DNA from: Cyanophora paradoxa CCMP329
Lineage: Eukaryota > Plantae > Glaucophyta
Assembly: GCA_004431415.1 (NCBI GenBank)
Contig: QPMI01000632.1
Coordinates: forward strand, 131,986-195,985
Direction: 5' to 3'
Length of the DNA stretch: 64,000 nucleotides
Positions 35,469-46,513 of the stretch are shown here, piece after piece. Positions within the stretch are counted from its first letter, which is position 1, and each line of letters begins with the position of its first letter. Below the pieces are notes generated by a model. That model was not told the DNA's origin. It saw nothing but the letters and a program-made list of their open reading frames with translations, and ran no database searches. The translations under genes were made by a program, and so were the position numbers.

Positions 35469-38079
35469 ATGCGAACGTGTGCGGCCGCGGCGGCGGTCCT
35501 CTTCGTCGCGTGCATACTGAGCGCCGCGAAGCCGGCGACCGCCGCGGGCCTTCCCTGCGGCCTCGTTCTCGACCCGGCGAAGACATTCCAGGTGATGTCG
35601 GTTAACGACACCTCCAAGTGCTGGGAGGCGGGATCCCTGGCCGTTAGCGGCGGAAATAATCCTCCCCATGGCGTGAAGATGGCCCCCTGCGATGCGAGTG
35701 CGCAAGATTTCGAATTCGAATGGATGCGTCAGCGCGGGCGGATTCGATCGATGTCGTGATCATGATCAGGAACTCCGATCTTCTAATTATAACGATTACA
35801 CTGTGGCAGGTAAAGCCGCGCAATTCTTCAACGTAACCGTTGGCTCTGTACAAGGCGGCGTACAGCGCTACAGCATCAACTACCCGGCGTCAATGCCGTT
35901 TTCGACTCTTGACCTGCGCTCAAAGCCTATATTCAAAAACTTTTTCAAGAACACCGACCCAAAGCTGGAGGGAGTAAGCGCTCCAGCCGATCATGATTCA
36001 GATCGTACCGCTCGAAGCCTATAGCTTATTCAACTTGGCAATTTCAACTCAGATTTTCGGATTTTCCGTGTCTCCTGGAAACTCGTGGACTCTCAACCTT
36101 ACTGCTTCGAACACGGCCGTTCGCTTTGCCCTCAGCGAGAGCACGTTGGCGTTAGTCGCCCCGATCACGTCGAAGTACGACTACACCACCGCCGCGCAAA
36201 CTTTCAGCTTGAGCGGGAGCCCCCTTGTGGTCACAGAAAATGTGGATAGTGAGTAAAACTTTGTCGGCTAATTGTTCTTTATAAGCCGATCCGGCCCTTT
36301 CCCGCTCGCATGCGCAGCTGATACGGAGTTTGACTGGACTGTTCGTTATTCGGATGGCATAACCTTCCCAGACGCTCAACGTACTGTCTGCTCGCCGGTG
36401 AGTACAATCTAGATCTTACCTAGAACTAGATCTTCAATGTGAAAATTTCGAATAAAATCTGACCGCTCTCAGACCGCGACGCCAAGCCCATCGCCCTCCC
36501 CGAGCCCCTCGCCAAGCCCCTCGCCCAGCCCGAGCGCGTCGCCCAGCCCCTCGCCCAGCCCTTCGGCCAGCCCCTCCCCGAGCCCGTCGAGCGCGGCGAG
36601 CCCCACCAGCACCCCGGTCGCGACGCCCAGCGCCTCGGTCGTGCGTGTTCTTGTTCGATCTGGGTCTAGATCTATGAACTCGGAATATAATATATAATTA
36701 TAATTAGCTATAGTCTGGGGCATATTCGGAGTCGACTTCGGCGCTTCTCTGAAATGTAGAACAGGAACCGGTGATCGTCCAAGTGATCATCAACGGGCAG
36801 TCAGTACGTAAACGCCTCAAGCTGCTTTATAATTTCGGGCGCTCGTTCGCGAGCTTGAAAAGAGAGTTCGGCGTGATTCTGATCTTGCTCTCGCGAAGTA
36901 CAACGTCGACGTCTCTGGTTCCACGACGATCGACGACGACGGCACGAGGCGCATCACGCTGAACGCGGCCCCTCTGACGGCCCCTGCCGAGGTAATTATA
37001 AGAGCTTCAAAGCCGTAAAACAATACGCAGCGCTGTTCGTTTTAATTCTCACGCTGCACCAGTCCGGGAGTACCGATTTCGTGATCATCAGAGGCAACAA
37101 TCTGCCGGTCCTCGCCTCACATTACTCATGGCACCACTAATTGCATTACTGACTTCAAAATCTGCCCGCAGGCCAACCGGCCCGTCAGGGTGTGGATCGT
37201 CGATCCCAGCAACAGCAGCCGGAGGGTCGAGGCCCTGGACGTCTCCATTCCAGACCCCACGACGATGCGTTTCAGTGCGCAGGCGTTTTTATTTTATGTC
37301 TTGGCTTTGACTAGTGAACAGGAGAGTCGCAATTGGTCTGACCTTCGAATTCGCTTCTGCGCGAAATCTCAGAGATCCCCCCGCTCCCGAAGAACGCCCT
37401 CCGCGGGCGCGCCCTGCTGCAGTTCACTGCCGGCTCCACCGTACGCCATCGGCTGCCCCCAGAGCTTGCCTGGCCATGGACATCACTGAGTCAAAGCGTA
37501 CGGCAGTACGACTTGCGCATCGAGTCGGCATCGGCGACTCCGGAGTTCAAGTCTTTCGTCCTTGTCCGGGTCCGAAGCTCTAACCCTTGCACCCGATTGC
37601 AATACATATCGCAATTTGCAAGGAGCCTCTGAGGATGCTCATCGAACGTCGATTCTCATTCAACAATAATTACAATTCCGACTTAAGCTTGATGATGTAT
37701 ACTCACGCGATGTATAATTACGCAGTCCGTTCGCTGGCTTTCGGTGCCGGCTTCCGCGATCGTCAGCATGCCCTACTGTGCGTTCTCAGCAGCCAAAAGC
37801 CGCGCTGATCAACCCAAAAATAAATTGCGATCGATTTCGGACTTGTCATGACCTCGCCGGCCTTCCTGCAGGGCCTTCCTTTGCGATCCCTTCGGCTGGC
37901 ATCTCTGTGCGTGTAATTCAGCGCTGCGATCTCATTCGCTTCCACTGCTATATTCAGTGCTAATTGATTCGCATTCCGTCCTCAAATTCGAACAGCTGCC
38001 GCTGACCATCCTCGCGAGCTTCGTGACGACGGCGCTTGCGGCCGCCGCTGCGCGGTCCAGGGACCTCCTAGATCTGTGA
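35469..38079 (+). CDS. Putative secreted/cell-surface glycoprotein with a (Ser-Pro)n linker and hydrophobic C-terminus
   Basis: Signal peptide MRTCAAAAAVLFVACILSAA; Cys-containing lectin-like start (KCWE..MAPCDASAQ); TPSPSPSPSPS.. at 36480-36630; ends LPLTILASFVTTALAAAAARSRDLLDL-TGA. Exon structure only partly resolved. Confidence 0.5.
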
Positions 38080-38447
38080 TCTGCCACGGCCACAGCTCGA
38101 GCGATCGGGCTCGAGCTCCATCATCGAAGAGAGATAATTTATAATTCGAGCCCGGGGCCATGCGCGCTCTCGATGTCGACGTCGATTGCGACGTCGATTC
38201 GGCGACTAGGACCTTTTCAATAAATCGCTTTTCAATATTTCGCTTTCGCTGTAGTGCCTATACTTTTGCTGTAGTGCTTATATATAATTAGAGTTAAGCT
38301 AACGGCTGAAATAAATCGGTTTGGATGCATATGTGTCACAGTGTGAGATCAGGGATCGAAACTCCTGATCGAGGGATTGCGAGGCATTCACGCCGCGCGC
38401 GCCACAGCCCCGACGCGGCTAGCTGCCGCCGCGCTCGCGAGGACCGA

Positions 38448-38610
38448 GGATCGCTCCGATTTCGCGCCTCGCGATCGCGATCGCTCCGATTTCGCGCCTC
38501 AGGGCCTCGCTCTGACTTTGCGCCTGACTCCGGCCGATTTCGCGTATTGCTGGTCCGGAGAAGAGAAAACAGAAGATCTAGAGAAGAGAAGAGAAGAGAA
38601 GAGAGAAAAG
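38448..38610 (+). repeat. Direct repeat GATCGCTCCGATTTCGCGCCTC x2 followed by a (GAGAA)n microsatellite upstream of MND1
   Basis: Read directly from the sequence. Confidence 0.8.
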
Positions 38611-38774
38611 GGAGGAGAAGCTTAAGAGGAGAAGAAGCAATTATAGAGATCGAAGAGAAAGGAGAAGCGCTAGCAGAAGGAAAGGAGAGATCTAGAGGAG
38701 GATTTTTCAGACGTCGACGGCGCGGGCTGCAGACAAAACGCGACAGCGACAACGAGAACTAGATCAAAAACGAG

Positions 38775-40501
38775 ATGGTGCGCGGACTTGACGTAGCTAG
38801 CACGGTGGTCGGCACGCCTATATAGCTAGCTGGCCTCGAAATCGCGCTTAAGCTTCGCATTAATGCGAAGCTTGAGCGCGCCTTTCGTCACACAAGCGCG
38901 CAGTCGAAGCGAAAGGGCTTGTCGTTGGAGGAAAAGCGCGAGAAGATGCTCGAGATTTTCATCGATTCGGTGCGTTCAGCATGCCTGGCCCCTCCGCCTC
39001 ACCTGCGGCGCCTGCGTTTTTCGCGCGCGCTCCGCCCTGACATGAAAGGCGAGCAGAAGGATGTGTTTCAGCTGAAGGATATCGAGAAGATCGCCCCCAA
39101 GGAAAAAGGAATCAGTGCGTTGACGTCGCCTCCGGTTTCCGATTAATATTGCGAGGCCGCGGCGTCACCGTCAAATCGATATCAATTAATTATGCTCGCG
39201 CTTCTTGCAATCGCGCACGCGCAGTCGTACAGAGCGTGAAGGAAGTGCTGCAGGTGCTCGTCCCCCCAGTTTCTGCAGCTTTCGCGCACGCGGGAGCTGG
39301 TGATCCGATCCGGGTTTAATTCAGAGCCGCTGATGAGCCCCGTACGCGTCGTACGACCCCGGATGCGCAGAGCCTGTGTGACGACGGCCTTGTTCAGTTC
39401 GACAAGATCGGGATCAGCAACTACTACTGGCAAGATGCTGTTTATAATTAGATCTGCGCGTATTCGAATATTAATCGAGCCCCTCAAATGACGCCGCGAA
39501 TTATCTCAGGGCGTTTCCGAGCACGGCGGGCCAACAGCGCGCTTCGCGGATCAAGCAGCTGCAGGACAGCATCGCGGCTGCCGAGGAGCAGAAGAAGACG
39601 CTCTCAGAGCAGAAGGAGGAATCGCAGCGCGGGAAGGAGGACTCGGTGCGTCGAAGTTATCGCGGTCGTATTAATATTTGTATACATGTATTTGCGCATG
39701 CGGCCGGGCCGCGCCACTCATATGGAATTTGCAATATTGAATGAGCTAACTGGCTGCGGAATTCGACCGTAGGCGGACCGGGCGGCGCAGCTGGGGCAGC
39801 TGGCGGCGCTGGAGCGCGAGGACGAAGCGCTCTCTTCAGAGCTCGCCCGGTGAGCCCTAAGCTTGCGCTTTACATTTTCGAGCACGAGCTCGAGCGCGCG
39901 GTCGGGCTCGGCGAGCATGGAGCCAACGTTGACACAAGATCCAATAGCTGTAATTGATTTAACTCGAACTTTTAGGAAGAGGAGAGGTCGAGTACGTGCG
40001 CATGAGTTTGAACGCGCCAGCCTCCGCGCAGCTACCGCGACTGCGATCCAGAGGTAATCAAGAACCTTGGTGCGCGATTCACATGCTTACCGTAGTATTA
40101 GTTCTTTGAATTGTTGGATGATCATGAATCGAACCTGGTGCAGAGACGCAAACGAATGTCGCGACGGACGCTGCCAATCGGTGGACGGGTGCTCAAGAAT
40201 TAATTCTCAATCGATATCGATCGCGACGCCCATGCACACGCTGATTCCGTGCACGTGCACGCGCACGCGCGCGGATGCGCAGACAACATTCTATCGGTGA
40301 AGAAGCACTGCGCGACGAAGCACAACATGGAGGCGAAGCAGTTCAACCAGGCCTTCGGCGTCCCAGAGGCGCGCCCATTTGCATGCCAGAGGTTTCGATT
40401 CGCGGTATCGATATCGATTTGGACTCTACCACGAGCTCTAACATTCTACCTCTATAGCTAACATTCGTGCATTGACCGCGCAGGATCTAGATTATTTGTA
40501 G
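38775..40501 (+). CDS. MND1: Meiotic nuclear division protein 1
   Basis: Spliced: [101 protein letters not shown]. First coding exon is ATG only. Confidence 0.95.
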
Positions 40502-40654
40502 GCATCACGATCGAAATCAGCGCCAGCAGCAGATGTCGATCACTGTCACCGCCCTTGCTCTTGCAATTGCAATCAAGGTGTATAAAGCTCTCGAGGCGCG
40601 AGGAGGGATTCCGGAGGGAACTCGCGATCGAGAGCGGGGATTGTTGACAGAATG

Positions 40655-40852
40655 CGAAGGTGGGGCGGGGAGGGCGGGGGGGGGGGAGGGAGGAAGAGGA
40701 GGAGGAGGAAGAGTAGGGGGTGGGGCGGGGTGGGGGGTGGGGTGGGGTGGGGTGGGGAGGGAGGGCGCTCTTGGCTGGGGCACCCGGGTGTAGGGTTTAA
40801 ATTACCGGCGGGGGGGGGGGGGAGAGAGAGAGAGAGAGGGGGGGGGGGGGGA

Positions 40853-40884
<32 letters not shown>

Positions 40885-40885
40885 C
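40655..40885 (+). repeat. G-rich low-complexity tract (poly-G, (GGA)n, (GA)n, GGGGT repeats)
   Basis: Read directly; lies between the converging 3' ends of MND1 and the EEP gene. Confidence 0.8.
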
Positions 40886-42765
40886 GCATTGATTCCGATG
40901 GCATTCACACCGACCGGGCCGCACTAGCACTCGGCAGTCACACCGCGCGCGCCGGCGCCCGAGCGGCCGCGGGGCGATCGCGGGCTGCAGCTGCAGGTCG
41001 GCCGCGACGCCGCAGTGGTCCGAGAGCTGCGTGAGCCCCGCCGCCGCCGCGCCCGCCCCGGCCTCCCCCTCGAGCTCGCCCCGCCGCACGAAGAGCGGCT
41101 CCACGCGCGCGGGGCGCCGGCCGGCGGGGCGCGCGCCGCCCCCGCTCGCCGGTGCGCGGCCGGCCTCCCCCCGCCCCTCCAAGAAGAGGACGTAGTCAAT
41201 CCGCTGCGCGCCGGCGTCGGACGTCAGGCAGGCGGGGCGGAAGGGGCTCTGCGTAAGGACCCGTCTCGAACCTGGAGGGGGGCCGAGCCCGCGACGTTCG
41301 TGAGGCGGACCTGCAGCGCCGGTCGAAGATCGAACGCAAGCCAAAGCTAAGCCCGCGCCGACCGAAACGAGAACGAAAGCGAAATTAAATTAAAGGCTTG
41401 CCTCGCGGGGGAGCATGGCGTAACCCGGCGGGATGGCTCGCCGGTACCCCACGACGTCGGCGGTAAGGGGGTCGGGAGGCCAGGGCCCGGGGGGCAAGGG
41501 CGGGGCCGGCCCCAGAGGCGCCGCAAAGCGGTCCCCGTAAGTGGGCGGGTGCACGCCTGCGCCCCTCTGTCAGTGGCCTCATATAATTTAAACTAGCGAT
41601 GTTAGAGCTGCGGCCGCACCGTCGCAGGATTCCTTCAGCAAGTCGCGAACCCTCCCCACGCCGCCCAGGGCCTGCGCTCGAGGCGCCCCTCAGGAAACTG
41701 GCGAGAAGAGCATAGCGAGAGCAAGCACAGCACCTCGACGGCCCAACGGTAATTGGGGGTCTCAGGGGGCGGGCGGGGCGCCGGCTCGCCGGGGCGCAGC
41801 AGGGGCGGCCGGGCGTCGATGTTGAAGTCTCCGCAGAGGACCGCCGGGCCGGGCGAGGACTCCATACAGCTGCCGGGCCGGGCCGCCTAAGCGGCGCCGG
41901 GCGGGGCGGGACCGCTCAGAGAAGCTATTAAGGGAGGGAAGGCGCGCCGGTCCACGAAGGCGCGGAGGGCGCGGAGCTGCCGCTGCTGGATCTGCCAGAA
42001 GACGGGCGCCGGCTCCCGCTGCGTCGCCGACAGGTACGCGCTCTGCGGGTCGCAGACGCGTTGGCGCAGGCTCGAGGCGATACATCGCGATCGATAGATC
42101 TAGAGGAGGGGCCAAGCTTGAAGGCGGAGATCTAGGGGGCACGGCCCGGGCGCGCCTGGAGGTGGGTGTTGAAGACGTGGAGGCGGCTACCGTCCGGCAT
42201 CTGGAGGAGCGCCCAGAGCGCCCCTTTGGCCGCGAAGTAGTCGCCGCCGGTGAGCGTGCCGCGCGGGTAGAGCGCGTACGACTCGCGCAGGACGGGGAAG
42301 CGGCTGAGGATGACGACGCCGCCGTCGCAGAAGAAAGGCGGGAAAGCGAAAGGACGGGGCGACACGACGGCGTGGCCGAAGCCGCGGGCGCGCGCCTCCT
42401 CGAGGAGCGCGTCCAGCCGCGCCGACCACGACCAGAACATCTCCTGCGGCCGCGCACGCCGCATCAGAACGCCTGAGTGCATTAAATTCACTCTACTGAA
42501 GCTTCTGATAGCTCCCGCCAGGCTCGTACACATGTACGTACGCACGCATGCGCATATGGCGCGATTGCAAGCGACCGGAGCGCGGAGCCTAAGGCGCGTT
42601 GCTCACCTGCAGGCAGACCACGTCGTAGTCGTCGAGGCGTTGGGCGAACAAGCGGAGCCGGATCTCCTTCTCGTCGCCCCGGCTCGACTCTACGCACGCC
42701 GGCCGCTCGAATATGTTGTACGAGAGGATGCGCACGCGGCCGGCGGGCGCCGCGTGGGCCTCCAT
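40802..42765 (-). CDS. Endonuclease/exonuclease/phosphatase-family enzyme, neutral sphingomyelinase / inositol phosphosphingolipid phospholipase C-like
   Basis: VRILSYNI, YDVVCLQE, DGGVVILSRFP, DYFAAKG, VFNTHLQ, LCGDFNID, RIDYV and LSDH motifs in the expected order. Exact stop uncertain. Confidence 0.85.
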
Positions 42766-43040
42766 GGGTCGAGTCAAACAGCGAGCGCAAGCCCGAGCGC
42801 GTACCCCGACTGCTTCCGAATTTCCGGCTTTGCAGCCAAATTTCCGGAAATTCCGGCCGGCGGGCGGCGGCGGCCCGCCACTCGAGCTCTAGAACTGATC
42901 CCCAAATTCCCGGCTGCCCCCTTCAGACAGCCTGGCAGGCGCCTGACCGAATTCATCATTTGTACATTCGGTAATAGGACCTGCCGGTCCGCGACAGGTG
43001 GCAAACGGCGCCCGGCCCGCGCGGGCCCGGCCCCGGGTCC

Positions 43041-46000
43041 TCAGTCGTCGTCGGCGGCGGAGACGGCGAGGGAGGAGACGACGAGGCCCTCGGCGAGCGC
43101 CGAGGCGGCCGCGCGCTCCTCGGGCGGCAGCGCCCCGCCCTCCAGCAGCGCCCGCAGCGCCCGCTCCGCCCCGCCGCGCACAGCGCCTCCGCCGCCCCGT
43201 CCGACGCCGACGCGAGCGAGCGCAGCAGCGCCACCGCCGCGGCGCAGAAGCGGCGGTCCGCGCGCCCCGCCGGCGCCTCGAGCTGCCGCACCAGCGCCGC
43301 CGGGCCCCCCGCCTTCAGGAACCCCTCCACCAGGGCCCGCCTGGGCACCGCCCCGTCCAAGCCCGCCCCGCCCTCCGCCTCCGGCCCGCCGGCGCTGAGC
43401 CGCCGCGGGTGGCTGTGGCTCGGCAGCGACGGCGAGTCCGGCAGGTGCCTGCGAGCCCGGTCGTTCCAGAAGACGACGAAGAGAGCCATAAAAGGGCGCA
43501 CGAGTGGTCGGACATGGCCTCCGGGATGCCGAGGAGGCGCCCGAAGAAGCGGGTGATGGCGCCCCCGTCGCACGAGGCGCACGGCGGGGGGCCCAGCGGC
43601 AGCGGCGTTCCCGCCGCCCGGTCCGGCAGCGGCGAGGGCGAGGGCGCGCGGGTGTCGCCGGGGGTCGGCGAGGGCGGGAGGAGGGTCAGGGAGGACCGCA
43701 CGCTCAGCGGCGCCGCCGACTGCGTGAGCAGCGAGTTGAGCAGCTGCGCGCCGGGGCACCGTGAGCTCTCGGCAGGGAGGGTACTGGAGCGTACGCCGCC
43801 GCAGAACCGAACTCGAACCTGGATGCCGTACGAGGAGATGCGGGGCGGCCGATGCTTGATCAGCGACACGATCGGCCTGCGGGGGTACGCCGCTCGCGGG
43901 CGAGCGGGCTTGCGAGAGGGGTGCGGGGAGCACACCGCGTGACGTTCGCCGCGGCGGCCTCGACCAGGAGCCGCTCGCGGGTCAGCGAGTGCGCCGCGAT
44001 GTGCTGCGGGGTACGGCGATCAGGAAGGGGGGGGCACGCCCGGTGGGGGAGGGGGGGTACGCCGTGCCTGTAGGACGGCGATGGAGTTGCACGCGACGGG
44101 ATCGTCGCCGCTCGCGAGGAGGCCCGCGAAGACCCGCACCTGCGAGGAGACGCGGGTTCGAATCCCGGCGGGATCATTTCGCGGTTCCCCCTGGGCTCGC
44201 CCCGCACCATCTGGAGGTCCGAGGATGCGAGGAGCTGCGGGGAGCGAAGGCGTCGGCTGCGGCGCGGCGGGGGTACGCATCGAGAGAGGCGGCCGCACGT
44301 GCTCGGAGGTCTGGGGGTTCAGCGTGATGTAGAACATGGCTGCGGCGAAAGGAAGGGAGTCGGGCGGGGTCGGGCGGGGCGAGGGGAAGGGGCGGGCGCG
44401 CCTGCGCCGGCAACGTCGCGGGCGGCCCGGTCCTGGGAGAGCAGCATGCGCGCCACCAGCTGCGCGCACGAGGCGCCGCTGGACGCCTGCCGGCACCTCA
44501 GCTGGGGTACGCGGCCTCCGAGGAGGGGGTACGCGTGCATCACGGAGGAGGACGTGGTTCTCGGGCAGCTCCGCGAGGTACCCCGTCAGCTTCGCCGCCA
44601 GCTGCGGGGGGTGTTGACGGGGGTACCGGGTCGGCCGGCGGGGTACGGGGCTACCAGCTGCTCGCGGCCCTGGCCGTCGCGGAGCGTGGTGGAGAGGAGG
44701 GGTACGGCGCCAGCGGCGGCGATGGCGCGCTGGTTGGGCCCGTTCCGCCTCGCCAGGCTGCAGGGGTACGTCGGGCGGGCCCCGGAAGGGACGGCGGGGG
44801 GTACGAGGAAGGTAAGGGGGGGGGGGGGGCACCTGGAGAGGGCGAAGAGGGCGCACTCGCGTGCGGCGGAGGGCCGGCGGCGGCGGCGGCGGCGTCCTCC
44901 GCCTCGCCGGCCGGGGCCGGGCCGGGGCCGGGCGGGCTCGCCGGCCGCCGCTGCCTGGGCCGTGCCCTCCAGCATCCTCACCAGCGGCGGGATGCCCCCG
45001 ATCATCGATATGCTCGTCTGCGCGCGCGGGGCGTCGGCCCGAGGGGCCGGGAGGGGGGTACGCGATTGCTCGGACCTGGAACATGGGGTCCGCCTGCGCG
45101 AGGGCCCCGAGCGTCTTCGCGGCCTGCGCCTGCGAGGAAAGGCTCGACAGGGGTACGGGGATCGCGGAGGAGGGGTACGGGTGCCTGCTGGTCGGTCGAT
45201 TCAAGGCTCTCGACGATTGCCCCGATGGAAATCGAGTCCCGCAATTGCTCTGGAACGGGGAGAATGAAGCGTCGGATAGGGGTACGCACAGATATTGAGG
45301 TTGCGAGGGTACGGGGTACCGAGGCTGTCTGTGGCGGCGAGGCGCTCGATCTTGCGGAAGCTGTTGTTGCGCTCATGGGCGCTGGCGCGCCGTCAGCGGC
45401 GACCGGGGGGTACAGTGCGACGGCGGGATGGGGGGAGGGGTACCCGGCGACGATCTCGCCGCTGGGGGGCGCGGGGGCGCGCTCGGGGGTCGGGGGCCCC
45501 TCGATAGGCGGGGAGGGCGTGGCGGGCCGCCCGGCGGCGGCCGAGGGGCTGAAGCCGCGGAAATGGGAGGCGGCGAGGGCGCGGCACGTCCCGCCGAAGC
45601 CGCCGGCGAAGGCGGCGAGCGCCGCCTCGCGCCGCACTTGCGAGTCGTCCCCAGCGTGGGCCCCCAGCTGCCCGGGGCTCAGTGAGACGGAGGCGCGGGG
45701 CCGGGCCGGGCGGGGCGGCGGCACCAGGGCGCGGATTGTGTGCAGCTCGTCCTCCGTCAGCTTCAGCGGCTCGGCAACGACCTGCGCGGGCGGCGGGCCG
45801 TGAGATGAGCGCCGCGGGGCGGCGGGGCCCGGTGACGCGCGCCCTGCGGAAGGCCTCGGAGAACGTCCGCCACGAGACGGCGTGTACGTCGTCGAAGCTG
45901 TCGCGCCAAAAGTCCGAAACGCTCGGCACCTGAGGCTCGCAACTCGACACAGAGGAAAAAGCCCAAGTCACGCCAAAAAGCCCACTTTCATGGCGAGCCG

Positions 46001-46084
46001 GTCTACGGCGGCCGGCGTGCTCGGTGCCGCGCCGGAAGGGGGCGCGTCCACCTGGACCACAGGCTGGGCGGTCGGGCCTGTCAT
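43041..46084 (-). CDS. Armadillo-repeat protein with an N-terminal Cbl-EF-hand-like segment
   Basis: ARM repeats AAKTLGALA, IGGIPPLVRML, NQRAIAAAGAVPLL, FLKAGGPAALV. Exon 1 MTGPTAQ..RLAMK joins in phase 0 (intron 45930-45985) to VPSVSDFWRDSF. Ends SAADDD-TGA. Confidence 0.65.
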
Positions 46085-46298
46085 CGTGAAGACTGCTGCG
46101 CTAAGGCTAGTGACGCAGACTCCGAGCCTCGATCGAACGCAGCACGTACGCTCAGCGCGGCTGGAACTTCGGGACCTGACCAAGCTACGGCCGATCGAAA
46201 CAGTATAGTTTGCTTTCGGGTGAAGGTGAAGGCTGGCCTGCCAATCGAGCCACACTTAGGCTTTTTCCTCTGTGCCGAGTGGCGAACTTCAAGGTGCC
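45925..46298. repeat. Inverted repeat, arms 45925-45968 and 46254-46298, flanking the ARM gene start exon
   Basis: 44/45-nt arms with 5 mismatches and 1 gap: GGCACCT-GAGGCTCGCAACTCGACACAGAGGAAAAAGCCCAAGT versus GGCACCTTGAAGTTCGCCACTCGGCACAGAGGAAAAAGCCTAAGT. Confidence 0.85.
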
Positions 46299-46513
46299 AG
46301 CAGCCAGCTCGGGCTCGCCTAACCCGTACGATCTGGCACGGCCCGCTCGCGCGCTGGATGCACGGAAAAGGTCACTGACTCACCGATAACGCCAGCCGGG
46401 CTTCAATCCAAGAAAGTCGCGTACCCCAAGCGAGAGATCAAATTGCAGAAGGAGCGGCCGCAGATGTCGAGTTAGCGGGGCGTAGAGCGCGGAGCGGAGC
46501 ACTATAGGAGACG

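Noticed and set aside
45925-46298. Introner-type transposon forming a whole intron
   Set aside because: No TSD found, and the segment contains an in-phase start exon with its own GT donor at 45985.
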